Shown: piece by piece, positions 1 to 9,949 of the stretch
How positions within the stretch are numbered: the stretch's first letter is position 1
Layout: each line of letters begins with the position of its first letter
Source of the DNA: Nitrososphaeria archaeon
Lineage (GTDB): Archaea; Thermoproteota; Nitrososphaeria; Nitrososphaerales; JACAEJ01
NCBI GenBank assembly: GCA_029775925.1
Contig: JARVKB010000008.1
Coordinates: 3,394-67,393 of the forward strand
Direction of reading: 5' to 3'
Length of the DNA stretch: 64,000 nucleotides
Position numbers and translations under genes: made by a program
The notes under the pieces: generated by a model
What the model saw: only the letters and a program-made list of their open reading frames with translations
What the model was told of the DNA's origin: nothing
Databases searched by the model: none

Positions 1-1155
1 GGCTTTGCAGATATGCTCATAAAGCTTGGCATACCATACGACTCTGAAGAAGCGATAAATATTGCAGAGAAAGTTATGAAAATCATTAAGGAAGAAGCGA
101 GAAAGGCATCTTCTGAGCTTGCAGAGAAAAGAGGATGTTTTCCAAATTTTAAGGGTAGCATTTATGATGTTCAAGGAGGGATTAAATTAAGAAATGCATC
201 TTTAACAACTATTGCTCCAACAGGCTCAATTTCTATAATAGCTGGTTGTTCTAGTGGCATAGAACCTTTATTTGCGATTTGCTATACTCGTAACGTCCTT
301 GAAGGTGAGAAACTTATCGAAATAAATCCATTGTTTGAGGAGATAGCTAGGAAAGAAGGTTTCTATAGTGAGGAATTGATGAAAGAAATAGCTGAGAAAG
401 GGTCTTTAAAAGAGATTGATGGTATACCTGAGAATATAAAAAGGATATTCGTTACTGCTCATGATATATCTCCTGAATGGCATGTAAGGATGCAAGCAGC
501 ATTCCAAAAATATACTGATAATGCAGTATCTAAGACTGTAAACTTTCCTAATAATGCTAAAATCGATGATGTTAGAAGAGTCTATATGCTAGCTTACAAA
601 TTAGGGTGTAAAGGCGTTACTGTTTATAGAGATGCTAGTAGGGAAGAACAGGTTCTGGAAACTAAGAGAACTGAAATGGAGAGAAAATTCCAAAAAGCGA
701 AAAAGCAAACTCCAGATAAGGCTTATGGAGTACGCTTAAGAAAGAAGACTGGATGTGGCAATATATATACTAAAGTATTTAGCAATGAGTGTAACGAACC
801 CATTGAGATCTTCATAACCTTAGGGAAAGCTGGTGGATGTGCTGCTGCTTTTACTGAAGGATTAGCAAGAGCTTGTTCACTAGCTTTAAAGTATGGTGCA
901 AGTCTAAAGGAGCTGGTGGATGAGCTCATGGGAATAAGTTGCCATAAGCAAGAGGGTATCGGTCAGAATAGAGTCCTCTCATGTATAGATGCTGTAGCCA
1001 AATCGATACAAGAAATGTTCGATCAAAAAACTGATCAGAGAATTACTGATAAAAAATTTAATGGCTTAGGCGCGTGTCCAATATGTGGGAGTCAAGTGAT
1101 ATACATTGAAGGCTGTTTAAGATGCATATCTTGTAACTTCTCCCAATGTGAATGA
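1..1155 (+). CDS. nrdJ: Ribonucleotide reductase, class II (adenosylcobalamin-dependent), C-terminal part; the 5' end lies outside the window
   Basis: The frame is open from base 1. Motifs TIAPTGSISIIAGCSSGIEPLF, VSKTVNFP and GCKGVTVYRD are present, with a C-terminal CPICGS...CLRCISC zinc ribbon typical of B12-type RNR. Confidence 0.8.
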   Translation, partial: GFADMLIKLGIPYDSEEAINIAEKVMKIIKEEARKASSELAEKRGCFPNFKGSIYDVQGGIKLRNASLTTIAPTGSISIIAGCSSGIEPLFAICYTRNVLEGEKLIEINPLFEEIARKEGFYSEELMKEIAEKGSLKEIDGIPENIKRIFVTAHDISPEWHVRMQAAFQKYTDNAVSKTVNFPNNAKIDDVRRVYMLAYKLGCKGVTVYRDASREEQVLETKRTEMERKFQKAKKQTPDKAYGVRLRKKTGCGNIYTKVFSNECNEPIEIFITLGKAGGCAAAFTEGLARACSLALKYGASLKELVDELMGISCHKQEGIGQNRVLSCIDAVAKSIQEMFDQKTDQRITDKKFNGLGACPICGSQVIYIEGCLRCISCNFSQCE

Positions 1156-1157
1156 AT

Positions 1158-2123
1158 CTAGAGTAAATCGTAAGGATCAGGATTAAAAATAGATGCCAAT
1201 AAAGCTCCTCTTATAACCTTCCCATAGTATATCTGAAGGAAATATTTTGCATTTGGCATTTTATCGACTTCAGGCTTTATCTCTCCTACTCTTGGGAGAG
1301 GGTGCATTACCATGCAATCTTCTTTCCCACTTTTTAATAGATCAACATCTATCACATAAGAGCCTTTGACTCTTTCATACTCATGAGGGTCTGGGAATCT
1401 CTCTCTTTGAATTCTAGTTACATAAATTACATCTAAATTCTTTATTATTTCTTTTAAATCTTCATGCTCCGAAAACTTGATTTTATCACTAATGTTAAAT
1501 AAAGCCTCGCTCCTAACTTTTAGTTGTGGTGGTGATACTAAGAATATTCTGGGGCTATAATTCGATAACGCATAAATAAGAGAATAAACAGTTCTACCAT
1601 ATTTTAAATCTCCAACTATAGCTATGTTCAAACCATTTATCCTTCCTTTTACCTTCATTATTGTATAAAGATCTAGCATGGCTTGAGTTGGGTGTTCTTC
1701 AGTACCGCTACCTGCATTTATTACTGGCTTTGAAGCAATTTCTGCAGCGAAACGGTTAGCTCCTTCCATAGGATGCCTTAGCACTATTGCATCTACATAA
1801 CTCTCAACAGTCTTTACAGTATCCGCAAGATTCTCACCTTTCTCTACAGAAGACATGCTTGGATGTGCAAACCCTAGAACATTTCCTCCTATAGATAGCA
1901 TTGCAGCCTCAAAGCTCAATCTAGTTCTTGTGCTAGGTTCGAAGAATAAAAGCCCAAGAATCCTTCCTTTTGCTAACTCTTTTTTTCTCTCATAATCTAG
2001 TTTTTCGATCTTATCAGCTACTGAAAAAAGATATTCAAGTTCAGAACGATTAAATTCCTTTATTGTGATTATATCCCGATTATAGAAAGGATTCTTCATA
2101 TACGCTCTTACTTTATAAAACAT
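1158..2123 (-). CDS. pyrB: Aspartate carbamoyltransferase catalytic subunit
   Basis: Motifs FFEPSTRTRLSFE, HPTQ and HPLPR are present and the length (321 aa) is typical. An alternative ATG start lies at 2099. Confidence 0.9.
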   Translation of the reverse strand: MFYKVRAYMKNPFYNRDIITIKEFNRSELEYLFSVADKIEKLDYERKKELAKGRILGLLFFEPSTRTRLSFEAAMLSIGGNVLGFAHPSMSSVEKGENLADTVKTVESYVDAIVLRHPMEGANRFAAEIASKPVINAGSGTEEHPTQAMLDLYTIMKVKGRINGLNIAIVGDLKYGRTVYSLIYALSNYSPRIFLVSPPQLKVRSEALFNISDKIKFSEHEDLKEIIKNLDVIYVTRIQRERFPDPHEYERVKGSYVIDVDLLKSGKEDCMVMHPLPRVGEIKPEVDKMPNAKYFLQIYYGKVIRGALLASIFNPDPYDLL

Positions 2124-2356
2124 ATAAATTTATTTAAGTATATAATTGGATTGATTAATGACATCTTACCCAAAAATTTACAGATATATCTGCCGAGTTT
2201 GTGGTTTAGTGATAGAGGATTCTCATCCTGTTGCTTTCGCGCGAAAGATAAAATTACATGATATAGATCATAAGAAAAGACCAGCAGGCGTTGCTTGAAT
2301 CGAATCTATTCAGAAAGTTTTTAAAAGACTATTTGAAAGGGGCTATTGTGGTTAAA

Positions 2357-4330
2357 GTGTTACGACCACTTCCTATGACAAGCTTTTATCTAGCCATACC
2401 AAGACCTTATGAAGATGAGGTTGTTGAAGAGCTTGGAAGACTTGGAATAGTTCAGCTTACCAAAGAGAGGGTTGAGATCGGTGAAGAGGTTGGCGAGCTT
2501 TCAACTTATGATAAGTTTCTAAGAGTTAGTGATAGAGTTTCAACTCTTCTAACATCTATAGAAGGTTTCCTTGGCTCTAAAGAAGATTATGGTAAAGTAG
2601 AGAAAAATTTGAAGACAAGTCTTGAGGAGATGGAGAAGTTTAGTGAAGAATATGGGAGAATGGTAGATGAGATAGCAAAAGAATTTGATAATACTCAAAG
2701 AGAGCAAGAAGAGCTGAAAAGCATGATAAGCAATCTTGAAATCTTAAAAATGTATAAGATAAGGCTTGATGAAATTGGAGATTTCAAACATGTATTTGTG
2801 AAGGTAGGTTTCCTTCAAAATGTATTCCTTACTAAGCTTGAAGAATATTTTAAAGACTTAGAGACAGTCTTCGAAGCAAAGCCTGGAAGGCCAAAAGAAT
2901 CCTTAGTAGTAATAGTGGGAAATTTAAATTACAAATCGAATGTAGAAAAGGCTTTGACTCTTTTAAACTTTGAAGAATTAAAGTTTCCAAAATGGGTCAA
3001 TCCTGATCCTGAATTGGCATTACAAGAAATAAAGAAAAAAATGGACTCAAACATTGAGAAAATTCGAGATCAATATAAAAAACTGATAAAAATAAATGAA
3101 AAAATCTTGGAGAGAAAGTCTTATGTTATCTTTATGAAAGATGTAAAATCTTCACTCTTTAGAACAAAGAGCCTTAGCCTTCTTCGTGGATGGATACCTG
3201 TTGAAAAGAGCAATATTTTGAAGGAAAAAGTTGAGTCTCTAACCGGAAAAGTCATGTATTTAAAATTTGAAGAGCCAAAGCATGAAGAAGTAATACCAGT
3301 GAAGCTTAGAGATAAAGGAATATTGGCTAAATTTGAGTTATTAACAATATTAAGAGGTATACCTGGCTATTTTGAAATAAATCCAACACCGATATTCATG
3401 ATACTGTTCGTACTTATGTATGGAATGATGTTTGGAGATTTTGGAGAAGGGATAGTAATATCATTATTGGGAGCATTCTTTGCAACTAGAAAGAAAGCAG
3501 TTTTAGGTATCGGTCGCAACGCTATAAACAAACTCGGTTGGATAATGATCTTTTCTGGAATATCTGCTATATTCTTCGGACTACTTTATGGAGAGGCATT
3601 TCTATATCACTCTCATCTTCTTGAAGAAGTAAGACATTCTCTAGGCTTGCCAGCATTAGGGCCTCTCTCTGAAATGGAGAAAATCACGCAGATGATAGTG
3701 ATAGCACTTATCTTTGGGGCTATACAGTTGACTATAGCTCTGGGCTTGGGCTTTTTAAACAGACTCTTAAAAGAAGGTCCTGTGGAGGCAATATTTAACG
3801 GTAGAGGACTTTTGGGACTGGTGCTATATGTCACAGGTGTATTTCTCATTATTAACGTTATACAAAGTGGGATGAGGATTGAAGCAATGCTTTATCCAGA
3901 GAACATACCCCTTACAGCGATTTGCCTTGTCTCTCTTATGTTGATATTTGGCTCTCCAGTCATAGCCTCGATCCTAGGAAAACATAAAGTCCATCTCACA
4001 GAGAAAGTCATGGAAGGCTTTGGTGAAGGCTTAGAAACATTTTTGAGCTTCATTGCTAATTCATTTTCATATCTTCGTGTTGCTGCCTTTGCTATAGCTC
4101 ATGCAGCATTAGGACTTTCAGCAGAGATGTTATCGCATATGACTGGGCCAATAGTAGGATACCTTGCAATGAACGTTATTGGGATACTCATTGAAGGATT
4201 CGTTGTAGGCATTCAGACCATGAGGCTTCTATACTATGAGTTCTCAACAAAATTCTACAGTGGTGGTGGTGTAGTTTACAAGCCTATGACACTACCTATA
4301 ACATTCGAAAAAGATATAAAGGCATCCTAA
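2357..4330 (+). CDS. atpI: A-type ATP synthase subunit I (membrane stator/proton channel)
   Basis: A soluble coiled-coil N-terminal half is followed by a multi-TM C-terminal half, and the gene is first in the atp operon. GTG at 2357 gives VLRPLPM..., resembling the usual MxRPxxM start of subunit I. The track ORF opens at TTG 2291. Confidence 0.85.
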   Translation: MLRPLPMTSFYLAIPRPYEDEVVEELGRLGIVQLTKERVEIGEEVGELSTYDKFLRVSDRVSTLLTSIEGFLGSKEDYGKVEKNLKTSLEEMEKFSEEYGRMVDEIAKEFDNTQREQEELKSMISNLEILKMYKIRLDEIGDFKHVFVKVGFLQNVFLTKLEEYFKDLETVFEAKPGRPKESLVVIVGNLNYKSNVEKALTLLNFEELKFPKWVNPDPELALQEIKKKMDSNIEKIRDQYKKLIKINEKILERKSYVIFMKDVKSSLFRTKSLSLLRGWIPVEKSNILKEKVESLTGKVMYLKFEEPKHEEVIPVKLRDKGILAKFELLTILRGIPGYFEINPTPIFMILFVLMYGMMFGDFGEGIVISLLGAFFATRKKAVLGIGRNAINKLGWIMIFSGISAIFFGLLYGEAFLYHSHLLEEVRHSLGLPALGPLSEMEKITQMIVIALIFGAIQLTIALGLGFLNRLLKEGPVEAIFNGRGLLGLVLYVTGVFLIINVIQSGMRIEAMLYPENIPLTAICLVSLMLIFGSPVIASILGKHKVHLTEKVMEGFGEGLETFLSFIANSFSYLRVAAFAIAHAALGLSAEMLSHMTGPIVGYLAMNVIGILIEGFVVGIQTMRLLYYEFSTKFYSGGGVVYKPMTLPITFEKDIKAS

Positions 4331-4356
4331 ATAGGATTTGTGAGTGGTAATGGAAA

Positions 4357-4716
4357 ATGAACCCCAAAAGAATCCTTGAATTCTTCTCCAATCCAAAAAG
4401 GCTTCTCACTTTTCTTATATTCTTTAACATCGCGGTGCTTGCGATTTCTCTTCTTTCATTCCAACCATCAATAGCAAAAGCTGCTGAAGCAGGTACTACA
4501 TCTGAAATAGGGCTAGGATTAATGGCTGCAGCTGTTGCAGTAGCAGGATCAGGTATAGCAGCGGGTATAGCGGTGTATGGTGCAGCTACAGCTGGTGCGG
4601 CAGCTATAGCTGAAAGGCCTGGCATAGCCACATGGGTTATAATACTTGCAGGACTAGGAGAAGGAATAGCAATTTACGGCCTTATTATCGCTATAATGAT
4701 CCTCGGAACATTATAA
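4357..4716 (+). CDS. atpK: A-type ATP synthase subunit K (proteolipid c-subunit) with an N-terminal hydrophobic extension
   Basis: Gly/Ala-rich helical hairpin with the conserved carboxylate in GLGEGIAIYGL. The N-terminal ~45 aa form an extra hydrophobic, leader-like segment. Confidence 0.85.
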   Translation: MNPKRILEFFSNPKRLLTFLIFFNIAVLAISLLSFQPSIAKAAEAGTTSEIGLGLMAAAVAVAGSGIAAGIAVYGAATAGAAAIAERPGIATWVIILAGLGEGIAIYGLIIAIMILGTL

Positions 4717-4730
4717 AAACTTAAACTTCC

Positions 4731-4737
4731 TTTTTTT
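4731..4737 (+). terminator. Oligo-T tract (T7) downstream of atpK, a possible partial intra-operon terminator
   Basis: TTTTTTT lies 15 nt after the atpK stop. Archaeal RNA polymerase terminates at oligo-T. A 108-nt gap precedes atpF. Confidence 0.3.
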
Positions 4738-4824
4738 ATTGTTAATCGATCTATATTTCCCAGATAATTATTTAAGTAAATTTTAAATAACAATAATATT
4801 TCGAATAGAACTGAAGGGATAAAC

Positions 4825-5139
4825 ATGAACATTGTAGCTTTGGGTGATGATTTCTTTATTACGAATTTTAGATTGGCTGGAGTCCCAGGTTTTGTAGTAA
4901 ATAATGAGGAAGAAGCAAGGAATAAGATAGAAGAGATCATAAAAGAAGGAAAATGTAAAATAGTGGTAATTTCAGAGAGCATGGCGATAAAGTTGAAAAA
5001 AGATAGAGAGAAATGGAGAGAAAGGGTCTACCCTATCTTTGCTATCGTCCCTGGCTTGGAAGGACCGAAGGGCGAAAGATTGCATGAGCTTTATTTTCTT
5101 GTGAGCCAAGCGGTTGGAGTGAAACTTAAACTGGAGTGA
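4825..5139 (+). CDS. atpF: A-type ATP synthase subunit F
   Basis: MNIVALGDDFFITNFRLAGV... has the typical subunit F N-terminus. Size is 104 aa and the operon position fits. Confidence 0.8.
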   Translation: MNIVALGDDFFITNFRLAGVPGFVVNNEEEARNKIEEIIKEGKCKIVVISESMAIKLKKDREKWRERVYPIFAIVPGLEGPKGERLHELYFLVSQAVGVKLKLE

Positions 5140-5144
5140 TTATT

Positions 5145-5456
5145 ATGGCTCTAGAATTAAAAGAACTTATTGAGGAAGAGAAGAAGGCTGAAAAAGCTCT
5201 AGAAGAAGCGAAGAAGAAGGCTGATGGAATTATAGAGAATGCAAAAAAGAGAGCAATGGAAATCATAGAGAAAGCTCAGAAAGAGCAATTTTTCCAAGAT
5301 TTAGTCGAAAAAAGAGTGCAAGAGATAGAAGAAAAAAGAAAAACGATATTAAAGCAGTTTGACGATGAATGTGAAAAACTTTCTAAAAAAGCTGAAAAGA
5401 ACTTGAACAAAGTCGTAGAACTTGCTTTAGAGAAGGTTTTGGGGGTTAGAACATGA
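5145..5456 (+). CDS. atpH: A-type ATP synthase subunit H (peripheral stalk, G-like), tentative
   Basis: Small, highly charged, all-helical coiled-coil protein between atpF and atpE. Start is ATG 5145 or GTG 5136. Its stop overlaps the atpE start (ATGA). Confidence 0.5.
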   Translation: MALELKELIEEEKKAEKALEEAKKKADGIIENAKKRAMEIIEKAQKEQFFQDLVEKRVQEIEEKRKTILKQFDDECEKLSKKAEKNLNKVVELALEKVLGVRT

Positions 5457-6076
5457 GTAAAGAAAATCTTAAAATTTACATACAAAGTAAAGCTGACGAG
5501 GAAGCAAAGAAGATAATTGAAGAAGCTGAGAGTAAAGCAAAGAAGATAATTGAAGAAGCTGAGAGTAAAGCAAAGAAGATAAGAGATGAAAGGCTCAAAA
5601 AAGTAAATAGAGATATGGACGAAAAGGAAAGAGTAGGAATATCCTTTGCAAGGATGGATGGTAGGAAAAAGGTCATGAGCATTAAGGAAGATTATCTGAA
5701 GAGAGCGTTTGATGAAGTTGAAAAAAGGCTGAAAAGTTTTTCATCGAACAAAACAAATGAAAAATATCAAGAGATACTTATGAATTTGTTAAAGGAGGCT
5801 ATATCTAACATAGATAGTAAAGAGATAAAAATCTCTGCAAATAAGGGTGATCTCGATTTCTTAAGAAAGAATCTTCAGGCTATTAAGAACGCTATAAAGG
5901 CAGAAGGGAGAGAAGTAGATATAGAGATAGATAATAAAGCCATAGATTCCATTGGCGGAGTTATTGCATACTCAAAAGATGGAAAGCAAATCTATAATAA
6001 TACCTTTGAGGCAAGGCTAAATAGAACGTTCGAGGAATTAAAGGGAAAACTGTTGACTATACTATTTGAGGGGTGA
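5453..6076 (+). CDS. atpE: A-type ATP synthase subunit E (peripheral stalk)
   Basis: 207 aa with an N-terminal charged helix and a C-terminal globular domain. It lies immediately upstream of atpA. Confidence 0.75.
   Translation: MSKENLKIYIQSKADEEAKKIIEEAESKAKKIIEEAESKAKKIRDERLKKVNRDMDEKERVGISFARMDGRKKVMSIKEDYLKRAFDEVEKRLKSFSSNKTNEKYQEILMNLLKEAISNIDSKEIKISANKGDLDFLRKNLQAIKNAIKAEGREVDIEIDNKAIDSIGGVIAYSKDGKQIYNNTFEARLNRTFEELKGKLLTILFEG
5504..5582 (+). repeat. Perfect 33-nt in-frame tandem duplication (2.4 copies) inside atpE
   Basis: gcaaagaagataattgaagaagctgagagtaaa occurs at 5504-5536 and again at 5537-5569, followed by 13 identical nt. It encodes AKKIIEEAESK twice. Confidence 0.95.
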
Positions 6077-6082
6077 GATTGA

Positions 6083-7909
6083 ATGAGGAAAGGAGAAATA
6101 GAAAGGATAACTGGATCTGTAGTAATTGCTTCAGGCATTGAAGACATATCTATAGGAGAGGTTGTCGAAGTTGGGGAGGAAGGCTTAATAGGAGAAGCCA
6201 TCAGAATAGACGAGTCGGGCAAATTCTTTACAGTTCAAGTTTATGAGACGACTAGCGGTATAAGACCTGGAGAAAAAGTTGTTGCAACCGGTAAGAGATT
6301 AGTTGCTGAGTTAGGACCTGGGCTTTTGAATAATGTATTTGACGGAATAGAAAGGCCTTTAGAAGAAATAATAAGATTACAAGGTCCATTAATAGGAAGG
6401 GGAATCAAAGTAAACGCTTTATCAAGAGATGCTAAATGGCTCTTCAAGCCTATAGTTAAACCCGGAACCATTGTTAGTGAAGGAGATATAATAGGCGAAG
6501 TTGACGAGACACAAGCAATCAAGCATAAAATCCTAGTCCCGGTTGGAGTAAGAGGAGAGATAGTTAAAATTGAGGAAGGGGAATTCAAAGTTGATGATGA
6601 TATAGCAATAATAAAGAAGAATGGAGAAAAGATTGGATTAAAGATGTATCAGGAATGGCCAGTAAGAATACCTAGACCTTACCATGAAAGATTACCGTTA
6701 ACCACACCGTTGATAACAGGCCAAAGGGTCATAGATACATTCTTCCCTGTGAGCAAAGGTGGGGCTGCATGTATACCTGGAGGGTTCGGAACAGGAAAGA
6801 CGGTCATGCTTCATCAACTTGCGAAGTGGAGTGAAGCCAAAGTTGTAGTTTATATCGGTTGTGGTGAGAGAGGTAACGAAATGTGCGAGGTTCTTACAGA
6901 TTTTCCTGAACTTAAAGATCCTAGAACAGGTAGGCCTCTTATGGAGAGAACGATACTTATCGCTAATACTAGCAATATGCCTGTATCTGCTAGAGAAGCT
7001 AGCATATACATGGGTGTAACAATGGCAGAATACTATAGAGATATGGGCTACGATACTGCTTTGATGGCCGATTCAACATCTAGATGGGCCGAAGCATTAA
7101 GAGAAATATCTGGTAGATTAGAGGAGATGCCTGTTGAACAAGGTTATCCTGCTTATTTGCCTGATAGAATAGCTGAATTTTATGAAAGGGCTGGAAGGGT
7201 AAAAGTTCTAGGAAAGCCTGATAGGGAAGGATCTGTAACTCTTATGGGAGCTGTTTCACCACCAGGTGGAGACTTCAATGAGCCTGTAACAATACATACG
7301 CTTAGATTCACTGGTGTATTTTGGGCTCTTGACGCTGAGTTAGCTTACAGTAGGCACTTCCCTGCTATAAACTGGCTTAAGAGTTATAGCCTTTACTCAA
7401 GTCGTCTCACAGATGGACTTACTTTAGCACCAAAGCTCGAAAGCATATCACAATACTCGCATAAAGTCTTAGATTGGTGGAGAGAAACATTCGAAGCTTT
7501 TCCAGAGTATAGAGGTGAAGCTCTTACTATATTGAGTACAGCAGCAGAGATAGAGTCTATAGCAAGAATCATAGGTGAGAGTGCCCTTCCAGATGATCAA
7601 AGGCTAATTCTTCTTACTGCAGAGCTTTTAAGAGAGGGCTTTTTAAGACAGCATGCTTATCATGAAATTGATGCTTTCTGTGAGCCAGAAAAACAAGCTT
7701 TACTCTTAAGAATGATAATCGACTTTCATAAAAAGGCAAAAAATCTAATCTTGAGCAGAGTCCCTATAGATAGGATAAGGTCACTTCCACAGATTTCAAA
7801 GATGATAAGGATAAAAGAGGAAGCAAAAGAGTTGATCGCAATAGAGAAACTAATGGATGAAATCATGGAAGAATTGAATAAAATAGCATTAGAATATAAG
7901 GTATGGTGA
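6083..7909 (+). CDS. atpA: A-type ATP synthase catalytic subunit A
   Basis: Walker A GGFGTGKT, the non-homologous region typical of A/V-type A subunits, and 608 aa. Confidence 0.95.
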   Translation: MRKGEIERITGSVVIASGIEDISIGEVVEVGEEGLIGEAIRIDESGKFFTVQVYETTSGIRPGEKVVATGKRLVAELGPGLLNNVFDGIERPLEEIIRLQGPLIGRGIKVNALSRDAKWLFKPIVKPGTIVSEGDIIGEVDETQAIKHKILVPVGVRGEIVKIEEGEFKVDDDIAIIKKNGEKIGLKMYQEWPVRIPRPYHERLPLTTPLITGQRVIDTFFPVSKGGAACIPGGFGTGKTVMLHQLAKWSEAKVVVYIGCGERGNEMCEVLTDFPELKDPRTGRPLMERTILIANTSNMPVSAREASIYMGVTMAEYYRDMGYDTALMADSTSRWAEALREISGRLEEMPVEQGYPAYLPDRIAEFYERAGRVKVLGKPDREGSVTLMGAVSPPGGDFNEPVTIHTLRFTGVFWALDAELAYSRHFPAINWLKSYSLYSSRLTDGLTLAPKLESISQYSHKVLDWWRETFEAFPEYRGEALTILSTAAEIESIARIIGESALPDDQRLILLTAELLREGFLRQHAYHEIDAFCEPEKQALLLRMIIDFHKKAKNLILSRVPIDRIRSLPQISKMIRIKEEAKELIAIEKLMDEIMEELNKIALEYKVW

Positions 7910-7913
7910 TAAT

Positions 7914-9317
7914 ATGTCTACTGTAATTAAAGATATTCATGGTCTTGCTTATAAAGGAGTAAAAGAAGTAAGAGGGTCACTTCTTTTTGTAGAAGGCGTA
8001 AAGAACGTAGCTTATGATGAAATAGTAAAGATAAGGTCTCCAGATGGGATAGATAGAATGGGAAGGGTCTTGGATATAACCAAGAACGTAGCAGTCATAC
8101 AAGTTTTTGGTGGAGAGATAGGACTTCAGGCTGAGAGTGTAATAAAGTTTTCAGGTTCAGCCATGAGAATACCTCTCTCTGATGAAGTCTTAGGAAGGAT
8201 GTTTGATGGAATGTTCCGACCTATAGATGGCATGCCTCCTATTTCTTCAGACGATTTAAGGGACATAAACGGATCGCCGATAAATCCTAAAGCAAGAGTC
8301 TATCCAAATAACTTCATTCAGACAGGAATATCAACAATAGATGGTTGCTTATCACTTGTTAGAGGGCAAAAGCTACCTATTTTCTCTGAAAGTGGTTTAC
8401 CACATAATAGGATTTTAGCTCAAATTGCTAGGCAGGCAACAGTTAGAGGAGAAGCTGAAGAATTTGCACTTGTGTTTTCAGCCATGGGATTAAAGCATGA
8501 AGAGGCCCATTACTTTATCGATCAATTCAAAAGGTTTGGAGTTACAGAAAGATCAGTTGTAGTAATGAATTTGGCTGATGATCCAGCTATAGAGAGACTT
8601 CTTACACCAAGAATTGCCCTTACAGTTGCAGAGTATCTTGCCTTCGATCTAAATATGCATGTTCTTGCCATTCTTAGCGATATGACAAACTATGCAGAAA
8701 GTTTAAGAGAGATGAGCGCTGCTAGAGAAGAAGTCCCAGGAAAAGGAGGTTATCCAGGTTATCTTTACAGCGATCTTGCATCAATATACGAAAGAGCTGG
8801 TATAATAACTGGTAAAAAAGGTTCATTAACTCAAATGCCCATTCTCACAATGCCAGGTGGAGATCTTCGCCATCCCATTCCAGACTTATCTGGTTATATA
8901 ACAGAAGGTCAAATAATTCTTGATAAGACTCTTAATGCTCGTGATATTTATCCTCCAATAAACATCCTTCCATCCTTGAGCAGATTAATGAGAAAAGGAA
9001 TAGGAAAGGGAAAGACAAGGGAAGATCATGGAGGAGTCTCAGATCAGCTTTACGATGCTTACTCAAGAGGTATGAGAGCTAGAGATCTTGCAAGAATTGT
9101 AGGAGAAATGGGTCTAAGCGATCGTGAAAGAAGATTCTTACTATTTGCAGATGAGTTTGAGAAGAAGTTTGTAAGTCAAGGTGAGTTTGAGAATAGAAGC
9201 ATAGAGGAAACCCTTGATATAGCATGGGATGTTCTCTCAATTCTACCTGAAGAAGAACTCGTTAGAATAAAGGAAGAATATATCAAAACATACCATCCTA
9301 AATACAGAAAAGCGTAA
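7914..9317 (+). CDS. atpB: A-type ATP synthase subunit B
   Basis: 467 aa with conserved A/V-type B subunit blocks ([20 protein letters not shown]). It follows atpA. Confidence 0.95.
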   Translation: MSTVIKDIHGLAYKGVKEVRGSLLFVEGVKNVAYDEIVKIRSPDGIDRMGRVLDITKNVAVIQVFGGEIGLQAESVIKFSGSAMRIPLSDEVLGRMFDGMFRPIDGMPPISSDDLRDINGSPINPKARVYPNNFIQTGISTIDGCLSLVRGQKLPIFSESGLPHNRILAQIARQATVRGEAEEFALVFSAMGLKHEEAHYFIDQFKRFGVTERSVVVMNLADDPAIERLLTPRIALTVAEYLAFDLNMHVLAILSDMTNYAESLREMSAAREEVPGKGGYPGYLYSDLASIYERAGIITGKKGSLTQMPILTMPGGDLRHPIPDLSGYITEGQIILDKTLNARDIYPPINILPSLSRLMRKGIGKGKTREDHGGVSDQLYDAYSRGMRARDLARIVGEMGLSDRERRFLLFADEFEKKFVSQGEFENRSIEETLDIAWDVLSILPEEELVRIKEEYIKTYHPKYRKA

Positions 9318-9334
9318 TTTAGGAGGAAATTATA

Positions 9335-9949
9335 ATGAGCTTTGCGGTAAGAGCAGCCGCTACAAAAGGAGTGCTATTAAGGCTTAGAGAACAACTTGGA
9401 TTTATTCAAAAAGGAAAAGAAATTCTAAAGATGAAGAGAGAGCAACTAGCAGGAGAGATAAATCGTCTTTTAACTGAAGTTAGAGTAAGAGGAGAGTTAG
9501 AAAAAGAAATAATGGAAGCCTATGAATACTTGAAAAAGGCTCATTCTATGCTCGGTTACCAAAACCTTCGATCAATGGCTTTAACAGTTGGTCAAATAGA
9601 TGTAAGTGGTTTAATTTATAGCGTAATGGGAGTTTTAGTCCCAGAGTTAAGAATTGAAAAAGAGGCTGATATAAGCAATGTTCCATCAGGCGTAGCTTAT
9701 GAGGCTGCAGAAAAACTTTCGCCCTTGATTACAAAGATCATAAAGCTTGCTGAGAGTGAAGCGAAGATAGAAAGGCTTGTAGATGAATTCATGTCAACGA
9801 ATAGAAAGGTAAATGCATTAGAGCAAATAGTTATACCTTCTATTGCTAATACAATAAGGTATATTGAAGGAAGGCTTTACGAGGAAATGTTAGAGGAGTT
9901 TATAAGGACAAAGCATGTTAGAGAAGCGATAAGAAGGAGAAGAGTATGA
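9335..9949 (+). CDS. atpD: A-type ATP synthase subunit D (central stalk)
   Basis: 204-aa helical protein with an aggagga SD-like sequence upstream. It lies after atpB. Confidence 0.85.
   Translation: MSFAVRAAATKGVLLRLREQLGFIQKGKEILKMKREQLAGEINRLLTEVRVRGELEKEIMEAYEYLKKAHSMLGYQNLRSMALTVGQIDVSGLIYSVMGVLVPELRIEKEADISNVPSGVAYEAAEKLSPLITKIIKLAESEAKIERLVDEFMSTNRKVNALEQIVIPSIANTIRYIEGRLYEEMLEEFIRTKHVREAIRRRRV

Noticed and set aside
2158-2298. 46-aa plus-strand ORF (MTSYPKIYRYICRVCGLVIEDSHPVAFARKIKLHDIDHKKRPAGVA) with a CxxC...HxxxH pattern in the pyrB-atpI divergent region.
   Set aside because: It is possible but unsupported. The spacing does not fit a classical C2H2 finger, and I cannot test conservation. 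It would be compatible with the GTG 2357 start proposed for atpI, so it deserves a check rather than a call.
4296-4631. 111-aa track ORF antisense to atpK, rich in Ala and Pro.
   Set aside because: It is a shadow of the Gly/Ala-rich proteolipid gene on the opposite strand. It has low-complexity composition, and the sense gene has clear c-subunit motifs.
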